From: Cystobasidiomycetes sp. EMM_F5
Lineage: Eukaryota
DNA: 64,000 nucleotides
Assembly (NCBI GenBank): GCA_051047955.1
Contig: JBPGPT010000004.1
Location: forward strand, 372,001 to 436,000
Reading direction: 5' to 3'
Both the position numbers and the translations under genes were made by a program. Within the stretch, counting starts at the first letter, position 1. Each line of letters starts with the position of its first letter. The notes under the pieces are model-generated. The model saw only the letters and a program-made list of their open reading frames with translations, was not told the origin of the DNA and did no database searches. Below are positions 1 through 17,109 of the stretch, one piece after another.

Positions 1-802
1 TGTTTCCACAGTTTCGTGGACCGCGTCCATGAGCGGTCTTCCTCGTCGAATTCGCGTTCACGTCCGCCGACCGCATTTTCCTTAACTACGATGACCGACT
101 TGCTGTCTCTCAAGCCTCTTTTGCAAGCTTTGAACCAGTCTACGAGCTCGTCGTCTGAAACTATTTTAGGAAGAGCTTCAGACATTGTATCTTTTCTGCT
201 TGGAAACTTGACGCACGATGTCCCAAACACCACTGGCACCAGATTATATCGTAGCCAGCCGGCTCTTGCTCATTCACCGCAACTCCAATGGAGCCTATAC
301 AACCAGACTCGTTGCTTTTGACGTCGTCCGGACGGAAATCCTGCAGACCGAGTTCGTAAAAGCGGACGGTCTTCACCTCCTGCATATTGCGGGTATCGTA
401 CAGCGACTTCCACTCGCCGGCTTTCGCAGCTCGCAATGCTTCCTGCACGAAATGAGGAGTAGGCTCTACAATGTCAACATAGTCGACGAGGGGCAAGAGA
501 ACAGTGGAAGTAACGCGTCCAATTCCGCTTCCCACGTCCAAAGCGCGCGTCTTTTGCTTTGTTGTTGCCGCAGCTTTGCCGTCTGAATTGCCCGGTCCTT
601 TGATCCGAGATAGGTGAGGCGCTACCGTCAAGAGAAACATGCGACTCGACATTGCGTCTGCGTGCGAAAGAGTTCCGAAGCCTCCGAGTACGCCATCTAC
701 AGTCGCCGGTCTGGAAGTCCAATATTTGACCCCTCCCTCCTTGTCTGCGGGCTTTCTGTGCGCCGCGTCGGATTCTTTCCGTTTCTTTGACGGCGGTGCC
801 AT
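1..802 (-). CDS. NTM1: Alpha-N-terminal protein methyltransferase (NTM1/Tae1 family); 3' end runs off the window
   Basis: Motifs YWTSRPATVDGVLGGFG, SAM motif RALDVGSGIGRVT and YDIIWCQWCLGH. After an intron ending at TAG 163-161 the frame continues LSDDELVDWFKACKRGL...IVVKEN. Likely ATG at 802. Confidence 0.9.
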
Positions 803-972
803 GACTGAACGAGTGCAAGTATCCTGTGTGGTGCGCAGAAAGGATAGCAGGTCGTCGGTCTTTTTGGTTGCTGTCCACCTCGATCGTCGATAATTTGGGC
901 CAATATGTCTGTAATTCTGGCTGGTGAGCTTGTTTTCCGCCAACAAGTACGCCTTTTATTTCAATATCAACC

Positions 973-2814
<1,842 letters not shown>

Positions 2815-3126
2815 GAGTTTGCGCACTTGCATTTGCATAAGTGCCTCCATCGCCTCACGTTTGCTGGATATGCCGATGCTTACAAGACCATTGTGCCGTC
2901 GTTGACGGCAGCCGGCCGCACCAAAGAGACGCGACTGGCATAGTGCGCGTTACTAATCGCTGCTTCCTGGCTCCCGTGTTGTCAGTTGCGTATAAACGTA
3001 AGACTCATACTTGTGCTGCATTATAATCGTTGTAGTCGCTCAGTTGTTGCAAGAAGGTTTGGATGTATCAGTTTGCGTCTCGCTGAGTCGCGTGCGTTTC
3101 TACCATCTGACAAAGCGTTTTTCTGA

Positions 3127-4048
<922 letters not shown>

Positions 4049-4528
4049 AAGCCGTCCTTCACAAAGTTCCTTCGCGAGAACAATTTGGTCCATCTCGTGT
4101 TTTCACTTGCAAAAACCGTCGTCGCTTTCTTCTTCATCATTCATTATTGTCCGCTGCTGCATATGGCTTTGCGTCGTTATATAGTCTGCACGTATACCTT
4201 GTTGTTCCTAATTATCATACTCTGCAGCGCGGAGCCTGTACCATCACCTCGTCAATGTAACTATATGTCTGCCGCGGAGCAGCCGCGCTTTCCTTCTGCA
4301 ATACGTATGATTATGGATAATCCGAGCGACTCGCTCGCAGGCCCAGATTGTGCGCAAACTTTTTTGCAGTGCATTTGAACGTATCGGATGCGGCTTTGTG
4401 ACCTGCTTGCGGCCACTTCAAGGCGCGATGAGTAATTCGCATGTTACTATTCACCTGTTGTGCGGCATGTCGTTGCCATGCTCGAATAGCGAAGGGTGTG
4501 GATCAATAAGTTCTTGATGTCCGTTTGG

Positions 4529-5337
4529 CTATACGAGCCTTTGCGAATCTTGCATTGACGGATTTTGATGCGCTTGGGCTTCCAGCATCTCCTTTCCCTT
4601 CTCGCCCACAAGGATGCCGCCAGGAGCAGAGATCTTGCCTGGCGACCCTTGCTTTTCGGCTTTTGCTTTCGCTTTAGAACGATAATCCTGAACTGCTGCT
4701 CGCATCTTTGCTTGTTCTGCTGCGTTTGCTCGCTTGCAGATTTCCCTGCGTCCGGCACTATTGTCAATACGTAGGCAATAGCAATAGTAAGATTTGACCC
4801 ACCAGGATGTAAGTGATAGTACTGCAAAAGCAGCTACTGCCCAGCGCGAACTGCCTACGGCGTCTACCAGATGGTCGAAAGAAACAAAGACAGAGAGAGG
4901 GGGAGCACCAAGATCAGCTGCTGTCGCTACATCAGCAATGGGTAATGCGAATTGTGACATACTTCGCGAGCTGATGAAACGAATAGCACCGACTGCAGAA
5001 CCGCCTCCGATGCCCAGCAGCAAAGATTGCCGACTACATGGCATTGACGGGAGATTGGCTAAATCTTTCTGAAGGTCAATTTGCTGCGCAAAAGAGGGGA
5101 CGAATAGCAAGAATTCGTAAGAGGCGTGAATGATACCGAAGCGTCAGTTGCGTTGCTTGGCCGATATTTGTATATGAGCATTGAATGGTGTAATGACCTG
5201 CGTCACTCGCATACCTTTACGGCCAGCAAGAATGCATCGCTTCCTGAGGGCTGAGCTGACTGCTGTTGCTGCTGGTCTGTCTGCCGTGGAGGCAGCTTCA
5301 GTGTCGCGGAAGACAGCGGAGTTTGGGAATCAGACAT
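4529..5337 (-). CDS. COX20: Cytochrome c oxidase assembly chaperone Cox20
   Basis: PCSRQSLLLGIGGGSAVGAIRF, a second hydrophobic helix RWAVAAFAVLSLTSW followed by EICKR, and a basic tail; introns bridge the ORF pieces. Confidence 0.85.
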
Positions 5338-5600
5338 TTTGAAGTAGAGCAAAGTCACGATGTGCAAGCAATCACTGTCAGACATTGGCTTAAAGACATC
5401 AGGTTGGCGCCTCTGCAGACTATGCGAGAAATGAAAGTAGAGACTGAGCACCATAGACCTACCACATCGAAAGAACAACGAATCTGAGAAACGATGATGG
5501 CACAACAACGTAAAGTAAGATCAGCTGCATTATTCTTCTCCCTTCACAACCACATCGCTATTGTCTTGCCGCTTAGACTGATTGTCGAAGTTGCCCTGCA

Positions 5601-6645
5601 TCACAGGCTGAAGTACGCAACCGCAAGCACCGCAAACGCAGCTCCAAGATGGGCTGTGTTTCGGGAGAATGCTCCTGGATTTGCAGAGTTTGAAGCGTTG
5701 CGATTACCAGTCGCTGCAGCAGCCGCTGCAATGACGTTTCCGGGTTTTGTACCGACCGTGCTGGTAGCTGCAGCGTTTTGTGGTGTGGTTGTGACGGACA
5801 CGAGAAGACCGTTAGGGGGTGCTGGTACGACTAGAAGGTAAATGACACGTCAAAGATTAATCTACTCGGGAGACGCGTTCTTGCTTGTACAATACTCACC
5901 TGAGCCAGCAATAGCTGCAGAAGCAACAGGCGACAGTTGTCCACTCATTCCGGTCAAGCTGGGACGTAGTCAACCATGTATCAGAAATGAATGTAATAGT
6001 TAGCAGACGTTTTGCAACACCTCGAAGCTTTGCTCACCTGAACTTGGCCGAGAATGCCTGAAGCGGAAATCCCGTCGATGTATCAATACCGCTCTGCGAC
6101 TGGAAGCGAAGGAAGCTGCATTTCGGGCACAATATCGCTTAGCTAGAGATTGCCAAGTTAGGGCGCATGCACGTACTAGAAGTTGCCGTTGGGTCCAAGT
6201 GATGCTGTGATGCAGACATCCGCTCAGCGTGATCGCACGACTGCGACTTATGGAAGCCCACATACGAGGAATTGTTATGGCTGACGTCTGCAGGGCTTTT
6301 GTCGGATCCGAGATGACTCCAAGATCCATAAAGAGGGTCTGAACATTGACGGACCCTACGTAGATTCCGACTGATGTTGGCCCGAAAGCCGCGCCGAGAG
6401 GCAGTACGGAGTCGTCGATGGTCCAAGTGAATGGTCCACATGCTGGAGAAGCGCAATATGGAGAGATTTGATATATTTCGAAACGTTGTAAATCAGCACG
6501 GGCCTTCCCCGCCAATCTACCATAGCGACTTACGTTGTCCACCGGTACAGACTGTGGACGAGACAGGGTTGGACACTGCGATAGTTGCAGCTGCGGTCCT
6601 GACAAGAACTGCCAATGCGACAGTGATATGTGCCGCTGCGAGCAT
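5601..6645 (-). CDS. GPI-anchored Ser/Thr-rich cell-wall protein (Kre9/Knh1-N-like 'GPI-anchored' domain)
   Basis: Signal peptide MLAAAHITVALAVLVRTAAA; exons PVSSTVCTGGQ, FTWTIDD..FGPTSVGIYVGSV, FLRFQS..AFSAKF, LTGMSG; Thr/Ala-rich stalk; hydrophobic C-terminal GPI signal LGAAFAVLAVAYFSL. Confidence 0.8.
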
Positions 6646-7201
6646 GTTTTGTAACAGGTTCCGGTGAGGTGTAAACGGTATCGATGGGTTACTTGTAGTC
6701 AGGTTTTAGAAATGAGCGTGGGATGTAATGAGTGTGGGTGTGTTGCTGTAGCAGCCGTCACGGCGGATATCTTTCTTTTGTATCAATGGGTTCGCGCAAA
6801 GCCCCATGCGACAACTCGAGCTCGACAGGCACAAGGATTGCCGAGAAATATAGCAGACGATGGTTTTTCGACAAGCGGCTCGTACAACAGTCTCTCTACT
6901 GTACACATGCTTGTAATTGTTGGCAACAACAGGGAGAAGATCGGAAAGCCAAAAGACATCACGACTATTGCAGGCGGAGAAAGAGCGAAGACTGTTGGGA
7001 CATTGCAGTCAGATGAGAGCGTTCAGCCGGCGTATGGTGTCAGCTGAAAATATTGCGCACCTGGTATGCTACATCTGACTTTGTACTGGCTTGACTGGCT
7101 GAAGCCATAGCATCGTCCAGGGATACAGGCTTTGTCGCTTTGAAGATAGTTGGAGTGGAGGAAGGTGTCAACGGAGCAGCGGCCTTGTATTACGCAGTTC
7201 A

Positions 7202-7744
7202 TCAGCGAGGTAGTGGTAATTTTGCTGATAATGGCCTTACATTCAGTAATAAACGCATAGGTTGCAATCCTAGTCGATATGGGACTGGCGTCCCGCCGTT
7301 TGACGAATGTGGGTTTGTATAGCAGGCTGACGCCGGATAGGAATCTCCAGTGAAGGTATAGCCTTGCGCTAGGATTTGTGCTAGCAAGGCTTCTGCCGCC
7401 TCTCGCGCCGCCCGAGCCAGTGCGTCCGCTTTTCTGACCAACGGCCACTCCCACGCGTCCCAGTCGACGGCATCGGCTTCCGCTAGCGTCATCTGTAGTG
7501 TATCTTGAGCCAGTGTATTCTTATCCTTTTCCTGAATATACACCTCGGAGTCGCCGACCGTATACCCGGTGCCCTCTTGCTCCTCGTCGATTTCGTCAAA
7601 CGTAAAGACATCCTCGCCGGACTCGCTCGAAGCGACACTGAATGCACTGCCTGCTTCGCTCGTAGGGGCTGCGGGTGTCTGGAATTGTAAGGATGTTTTG
7701 CCCGCGGACGTCGACCCCGTGACTGTCGGATTGACTGACGACAT
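7202..7744 (-). CDS. Hypothetical orphan protein with acidic, Ser/Thr-rich N-terminal half
   Basis: 180-codon ORF from ATG 7744 with protein-like composition (acidic tract, helical segment ALARAAREAAEALLAQIL); no family recognised. Confidence 0.45.
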   Translation of the reverse strand: MSSVNPTVTGSTSAGKTSLQFQTPAAPTSEAGSAFSVASSESGEDVFTFDEIDEEQEGTGYTVGDSEVYIQEKDKNTLAQDTLQMTLAEADAVDWDAWEWPLVRKADALARAAREAAEALLAQILAQGYTFTGDSYPASACYTNPHSSNGGTPVPYRLGLQPMRLLLNVRPLSAKLPLPR

Positions 7745-8603
7745 TTTCGAGCACAAGTGCCAGAGTGAGTGGGATATCAGATGGAGTGTACTGTCATCTC
7801 CAGAGGTGCATCGTTGAAGGCAGTCAACCAGGAGCCGCCCGCAACCAAGGTATTGGCAGAAGCGGAAAACCCGGCTTGCTCCGGCCGTGGTTGCTATAAC
7901 GCACGTGCCGTAAATGGCTTCTCATTTCGGACAGCCTCTGAGAATGGGTTGCTTGATGGTTGCTGTTAACACTTGAAGCAGCTTTCCCGGAAGCTGCCTT
8001 GATAGTCGCATGCCCTCCAGAATTTGGCTCGCAGAAGGGCTAACTTGAAATAATTACCTAACAACGCGATGGCTAATCCGCCAGCAGTAACACTGACTCT
8101 GACGCGTCTTGAGATGTTCACAAGTGATGCTCTACACTCTCCCTAACTCGCACTGTATTGCGCAGGTCGTGGAAGTATGCCGGACTGACAATGCGGTACA
8201 ATAGCCTACGACTGCAGTTGACCGCATCGATGGTCTCGATACACGTCTCAGTGCATTTCTCTCCGATGGACACATCCGAATCAGACAAAGGTCGTCGACG
8301 GCATCGCCAGCACCTGGGCGATGCAACCAGATTTTTGGGGTGCGCAAATGTGAGCTGACAGCAGGCCTCATCTGGCTCCAACCACGATTCATACGTCTGA
8401 CAACTTCGACCAACTCGCTGGTATACGAGCATTGCTAAAGTCTCGACGACATCTTGCGTTGATCGCACTGCTGCCGACCTACCTACTGTACACCAGCAAT
8501 CCTCATAGGCAACCACTGCCACAGACTGAATTCCGTATCGAATGATAGCTGCAGTCACCTCAATCTCTTAAACCTCGTAACAACTATCTGATCTAGCGAC
8601 CGA

Positions 8604-9482
8604 ATGTATCGACTGCTCTACACTGTCCCGCTAATCCTGGCGGCGTCTTCAGCTATCTCCACTCCACTCGACGACAGCAATGCGGTAGCGCGAAGAGCCG
8701 CTGCAGTCACAACTACCACCATACCTGTGCGATCTGCTCGTTCCCTCCCGACTAATGCCTTACGACGAAGACGCAAGCGCGGTGCGGCAGCGTGCGCTCC
8801 CGGCGGTGCTAGCGGTGCTGCCTCTACAATCACAAAGACAATCACCCATACAGCTGCGGCGACGGGTGGAGGTGGACTTGGTCCTTCGACTTCAACAGTG
8901 TATGTCACAGAAACGCATACTGCCGTCGCGAGCGGAGGCGGAGGCATGCCCGGTGGCAATCCAGGATCACCGTATCACAGTGGACCTGTTCAAGAGATTG
9001 TATACCCACCGAAAGATGGGACTGGCTTCCCTTCGGTTGGGCCTGGCAAACTCGAGGTTTCCAGTCAGTTGCCAGGGCAGCAGCAGAGTAATCTGGTCCA
9101 GTCTATCCTGGCAACGACCACTGCGGTGACCAACTCTGCGGTGACAAATACCACGGCAGTAAGTGGTGGAGCAGCGGTCAACCAGACTTCCTCCGTGTGG
9201 AGTTCTACTGCAGCAACCAGTACTTCCGGTACCGGTGCGGGGTGGAGCGGAGCAGGCTACTATCCTGCAAGCTCTGGCAGTCAGTCAGCCGGCTCTGCGA
9301 CTTCAACCTCGTGCTCAACGACTACTACCGGTACCAAGCTCGCTTCCGGTACCACCACTTCATCCAGTACCACGTCTTTGACGACTTCTTCAAGCTGCAG
9401 TACGAGTTCCACAAGCATGGCCACCACTCTTTTGGTCAATACTGCTACTACCACGGGAACTGCTAGCACAATCAAATGGTGA
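8604..9482 (+). CDS. Secreted mucin-like Ser/Thr/Gly-rich protein
   Basis: Intronless 292-aa ORF with signal peptide MYRLLYTVPLILAASSA, Kex2-like RR and RRRRKR sites, and a long S/T-rich tail. Confidence 0.75.
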   Translation: MYRLLYTVPLILAASSAISTPLDDSNAVARRAAAVTTTTIPVRSARSLPTNALRRRRKRGAAACAPGGASGAASTITKTITHTAAATGGGGLGPSTSTVYVTETHTAVASGGGGMPGGNPGSPYHSGPVQEIVYPPKDGTGFPSVGPGKLEVSSQLPGQQQSNLVQSILATTTAVTNSAVTNTTAVSGGAAVNQTSSVWSSTAATSTSGTGAGWSGAGYYPASSGSQSAGSATSTSCSTTTTGTKLASGTTTSSSTTSLTTSSSCSTSSTSMATTLLVNTATTTGTASTIKW

Positions 9483-9806
9483 AGTGGGACAGCCATACTC
9501 TGCGCCTAGCTCTGCCATCAGATTTACGCGATACAGCGCGTTGTAATTTAAATGCGCGAATCTTTCCATGTAGACCTATCGGCCGTTCTTTCAAGAGCCT
9601 GGACCTCATTGAAATCAGCTGATCCAGAGCTTCCTGATTAATTGCCCTTGTCTGCGAAAATGCTTCATCCAACGCGTCCGTTTTGTCAATATTTTGCTCG
9701 CCACCCGTTTGCCAATTTCAGACCTGGCCCAACTCGACACGGATATCTTTTTTCTTGCGCCAGTCCCTGCTTCACACCACACCCACCCCATCTCAACTCG
9801 ACAATC

Positions 9807-12091
<2,285 letters not shown>

Positions 12092-12614
12092 AAGCCGCTC
12101 AAGAGCTTTGAGTTCAGTACTGCAGCCTGTGGGCAGTCCGTCGTTGCTTCAATCCATTTAGAGATTCCCTAGATCAGTATGACGCAGTGGGTTTAGAGTA
12201 TTTTCGCAGGCCTGCATAGGCCTGTTATCGACAATTTTTGGTCACAATGATGATCAGGCTTCTTACTGATACTCGCAGTGCTCATAAGGGCTGACGTTTC
12301 GAAAGTGCAACCTTATAAAACTGACTGCTGACTAGCCTTTGCTTTCTGCATGGCCATCGAGGGCTGAGCAGGCAGATCTGTTGCATTATAGCATGAAAAC
12401 AACAATGTGGAAGTATGCAAATGTCTGAAATCTGGGGGACTCTGCCGTCCGCCGGCACTGTGCTTACCAAACTGATTGACGATAATGCGGGTCTGCCCTG
12501 CGACTTATTGTGAGATAGACTGCAATCACCACCTTGTGCATCCAACCAGCACACTTCCACATGCATTCTGAACCGATAAATCCTACGAGATTGCGGAATT
12601 GCGACTGACCGTCT

Positions 12615-15600
12615 TCATTCATCTTTCGAATATGTCGAGTAGTTTGCGGTCGTAAAGCCATCTGACCCGTCTCGAGTCCATAAGCGCGCCCACTCTAAGG
12701 CGAGGCGATAGCAGTAAATTTCCATGTGGACTTTCTTGCCAAAGTCCTTTTGCCATTGATGGCCCTGTTCGGCGATTGCGCGAAGACTATCCTCGTTTGC
12801 GCCGCGATTTGCAGGCGCTGCGATACCCGTCCTAGCTTCATAAATGCCCTCGTTGCTGCGCATCATGGGCCAGGGTGTACTTTTGACTTTAAAGCCAGCC
12901 CTCCTTATTGGCACATGCGAAAGTTTCTGCGCAGCGGATCCGAGAAAGTAGCTGTAAATGTTGTACACTTCGTCGTACGTCATTGAAAATGGTATGAAAT
13001 GATACCATGCTGACAGAAGCTTTACTTAGCCATTGTACTGACTGCCAGGGCATCAAACATGAGCTTACGTTGGATCTGATCTGCAAAGTACTCGGTATAG
13101 ATGGTTGATTTCATAACGGCTGCGCGGCTCTCAAAAAGTGCCATGAAACGAGCCGAGTAAGCCATACCATCGATATCTGCAAGCAGCTTGTGATTGACGA
13201 TATCGATCAAGGGAACCCTTTCGCCAATTGTGTAAGCCCCATTCTTCACGGCTGCGCACACTTTCTTATGGCCGCAGCCCTCGAGCGATGTGAAAGCGAC
13301 GTCCATGACGTCTCGGTTTGCAACACGTTCGGGCAGTTCGACATACGTAAGCCCATCAGAGCCATTTTGACTCGGTAGAACTATGGCAACGAGCTGAGAG
13401 CTGTTGCTGGATGCTAATTTGACAAACCTATGGCGTTGGTAGGTGAGTTGCCGCCCGGCTGGATTGTTTCCGCCTCCAGTGGCGGAACCTCTCCAGAAAA
13501 TCTTGTTCTGTCGGTCTTCCCACTTAGGGAGATCTTCTGGAGCGAGTACGTTACTCCAAAGTCCTGTCTCTGGATCTTTGACCGCTTTTTTGACCCGTTT
13601 TATATGGGCATCTAAGTGATATTTGGGAGATTCGGAAGCGTAATAGTCTGAATAGTCCTGTCAGCTTGGCAGCTTTTTTGAATACATGTAGCACTCACGA
13701 CTCGGAATGACAATGTCGGAAAAGCCCGCCATAGTTGATGGGGAAAAGATGGGATACAATGCATCGAGACTTCGGAAATCGGAACAGAATTGGCCTTGCG
13801 TGTCGTGAGTGCGTGAGTCTTCACAAAGCTGTTTATGAGATACGGTTGTAAGATTGTTGTTGAAGCGGAATGCTGGAGTGTCCATATGCTTGTTTGACTT
13901 TGGTATATAATCTGCGAGCGGCGAGTTGCCGTGTGAAAGGTGCTTAGGCTTGAGTGTTTGCGACAACGACTTGCGTTTAGACGGGATGCGGGGAATTGCA
14001 CGATCAAATGCTAGGTGTCCTGACGGGGGAGATGGAACTGCCACTCTGCGTTTAGCTGACCGAGCAGGATTGACCTGCAGTTCTGTACGGTCTTCAGCAT
14101 CAATGAGATCTGCAATAATGTTACTGCGCTTTCTTCGCCCATGAGGCCGAGTAAAGTTGGCAGCATATGCTACATGTTTGACGTCTGCTTCATGAATAAT
14201 CTGCTCCGTCATGGTGGTGATAATGCGGCGAGCAGCTGATCCAGGGGGACAGGTACGCTTGAAGATTTCCCACGTAGTCCCGTCACCCTGCCAGACTGGA
14301 CTTGGAAAGAATTTCTTGGAACGACTAGGTAATTGGCTAGTTTGTTGCTTCGTGATGGCTGAACCATACAAAGCCTCCGTCAGCGAGAGTGCGGATACTG
14401 CACGGGTAGAAGCATACTCGTTTGGTTCTGCAGCGCTTCCCGAATGAGTTGCTGCTCTTCCCACGAAACGAGTACTCTTGGCTCTGCCAGTTCATTGACA
14501 GCAAAAGCCATATTGCGCATGCCAGGTCGGGAAGCAAAGGGTCGAATCATGCGCTCAAAGCCCAGGGCACGCTGTATTCCAAAACGCTTGATAAGTGCCT
14601 CGTCTTCGTTGGCATCCCAGTACGTGCCGCCCTTGACTCCGGCTTCCACATGTACAATGGCGAAGGAAGGCTGCAATCCCATGAGAAACGTTCGACGACG
14701 AATCTCTGCTGCATCCAGAGCCCAAAAAGGCTCTAGAGATGCCATGAGCGAGTCGTACTCGTCCGGTAGCACGGTACCTTTGGCTGCGATACGAGTAGTA
14801 CGATCCGTTAGACTGACCAGGCACGTATGACGCAGGTTTGCAACGTACATTTGGCATATTCGAACCACTCCTTAAAACCTTCGGGAGGACTTCTGCCATA
14901 CCTTCGTTTGTATTCAATGATAGCCTGTTCTGGTGTCTGACTTTGTCGTTTGACTTTTGCTATCCAGGCCTTGTTAGCCTGATCCAGTAAAGCAGAAATC
15001 GGATGTTGCTTATACTCGGACAGTAATTTACCTGGCTGCTCACGCAGCGTGTCGGAAACAAAACGCAATGCTGCTCCGCGACGCGCTGCAGCATTGTAGC
15101 CTTCCTTAAGTGCAAGCGAAATGAGATAGTATGCAACAATGCAAAAGGCGAGAATCAGTAGGAGCCTTCTGGCCCGAGTACGCGAGCGCTTTGGGCCGCG
15201 ATAGGACGGAGAGATCGATTGGACAGCCCGTTGAATATTCTGGATGGGACTGGCCAAGGAGAGCTTTTCCTGCCGAGGGCCTTCCCCAAGTCTTGTGCGG
15301 GGAGACAGACGATCAATTTGACCTGTAGTCACCCGACGGAAGCGAGACAGAGCATCTCGACGTGGGTCGAGTGGACTGGACGTGCTTCCCGGAGTCGAAA
15401 AGATACGCGATGCTGCAGGTATTTTTGGCGTCTTGACATTTCGTGTGGTTATTCTTAGAACGGACGACGGGACGACAGCAAGGGCGTGGTGGTGAGCCAG
15501 ACGGAGCAGTTCACGAGCTCGCAGCACCCAAGGGACGGCGAATGAGCTCGCTGCATTTCGGCTTGCTGGAGATGTGGAATTTGGATAAGCTGGACTGAAC

Positions 15601-16064
15601 GAGCCTTCAATCTGAGGAGATGGTTGATAGTCGAAGCTGCCGCGATTGGGCAGGTCATTGAGGTTGCCTGTACTCGCTCGACTGCTGCTGGCGCTCGATG
15701 CGAGCGTTTCGACGTCTTCGAACAGGGATTGCTCGAGGAGGGGCGAACAGGTAGACAGGGGGAGATTTACGCGCGATAATCCAAGACCGGCAAAGCGGTT
15801 TGGTGCAGATTGCGAATGCGTATCTGGCGAGATTGGAGGTGTATCCAGAGGTGCGAATGAGTGTCTTGCTGCTGTTACATTGTCGGACGTTGGTGATTGC
15901 TCGCTGTCTCGGCCAAACATCCACCGGCCGTTAGAGCCGCTGCCAGCCTGGACGACGCCGACAGGCTGTGGAGGGGTAAGATATCGCCCTCGATACACGT
16001 TAGTCTGCGACTGCTCCGGTGTATCGGGCGGAGACAGCGGCCTCTGGACGGCCTTTGGGTCCAT
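12615..16064 (-). CDS. Glycosyltransferase family 90 (CAP10/Cxt1-like, putative xylosyltransferase), type II membrane protein
   Basis: TM helix LLLILAFCIVAYYLISLAL, then SQTPEQAIIEYKRRYGRSPPEGFKEWFEYA, NELAEPRV, DIDGMAYSARF, KSTIYTEYFADQIQPW, IAEQGHQW, MEIYCYRLALEWARL. Confidence 0.88.
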
Positions 16065-16461
16065 CTTTGGCTCTTCGCAGCCCGATCAGCGCTCGCAGCA
16101 AGGTTATCGTTGCTGCCGAATTCTATAACGCGCAAGGCGGACGAGCCCGGCCTTGCTGGAATGCTCAGCAGTGGTCGGAGTCGCAGTCAGTGCGGAAAAG
16201 AGAGCCATGTTGGGTTTCGAAAAGGCCCGAAGGGATGCCAAAGAGGAGCCAAGGGATCCAGCAGGAGCCGCACTTTTTCATGCAGACGGTGTGGCGGTTA
16301 ATTGCGTTTCAATTGCGGACAAATTGACAAGACGCAGGCTAAGCTATCGACTTATGCGTATAATGTATCCATACGTGCTTGTTGCAATCCATAAGTTGGT
16401 CGGAAAGTCCTTGATACAACCTCGCAATTTATGTTCTGGCTGCCTGTACCTGAAATTCAGC

Positions 16462-16471
16462 GTCACGTGAC
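16462..16471. promoter_or_regulatory. Palindromic E-box GTCACGTGAC (bHLH/Cbf1-type site)
   Basis: Perfect 10-bp palindrome about 400 nt upstream of the GT90 ATG; a second TACGTGAC lies at 16506-16513. Confidence 0.35.
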
Positions 16472-16653
16472 TCGACGGGCCAGTCGCGTCGATGTGCTAA
16501 AGCAATACGTGACGCCTTTACACGAACAATGCCATGTTACTATGCACAACTGGTAAGTGGTCTAATAAACAAGCGCCCTATCAACAAGCCCCGCAATCAA
16601 GCGGCCAACAAGAAAATACGAAAAAGCCACAATGATGCTATGTACGGTGATAG

Positions 16654-17077
16654 CTACAGGGGTACGTCAATCAAGCCGCGTTTCTTTGTTGCTGGAAGGC
16701 GCAGCGGAAATGGCGAGACACGCCGTGCGAATGCTGGTTGCGATGCTGGTGTTGGGTTATTATCAGAGTGATCGTAGAGAGGTGGTATTGACGACTCTTT
16801 GAGCCTTGCAAATGCAGTGTCGGGTTCCAAAGCAGCGCCGATGGTCATCCCGCTCGGCTTCTCTGCTTGTACCCACGTACTGCCAGCCGCGGGCTGAGCG
16901 GCCAGAGATCCGTCAAGGGATTCTAGCGGTGAAGCACGAGGTGTAGTTCCTTCGTAGGTAAGGCTACCCGAAGAATGCCTCCATACATCCTTGTTGGCGT
17001 GGTACGACTCTACACCTGGCGGTGGTACCCAGTAATTATGCCAAGGGTTCCCGGGCGCAAATTGTTGTGTAATATAT

Positions 17078-17109
<32 letters not shown>

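Noticed and set aside
7820..8000. Short inverted repeats (GCAACCA/TGGTTGC; GCAGCTT/AAGCTGC) as a structured RNA
   Set aside because: Stems of 7 bp are expected by chance; no tRNA or snoRNA boxes were recognised.
8118..8558. Minus-strand 146-aa ORF and overlapping short ORFs
   Set aside because: No recognisable motif or protein-like composition; probably the promoter region of the secreted-protein gene.
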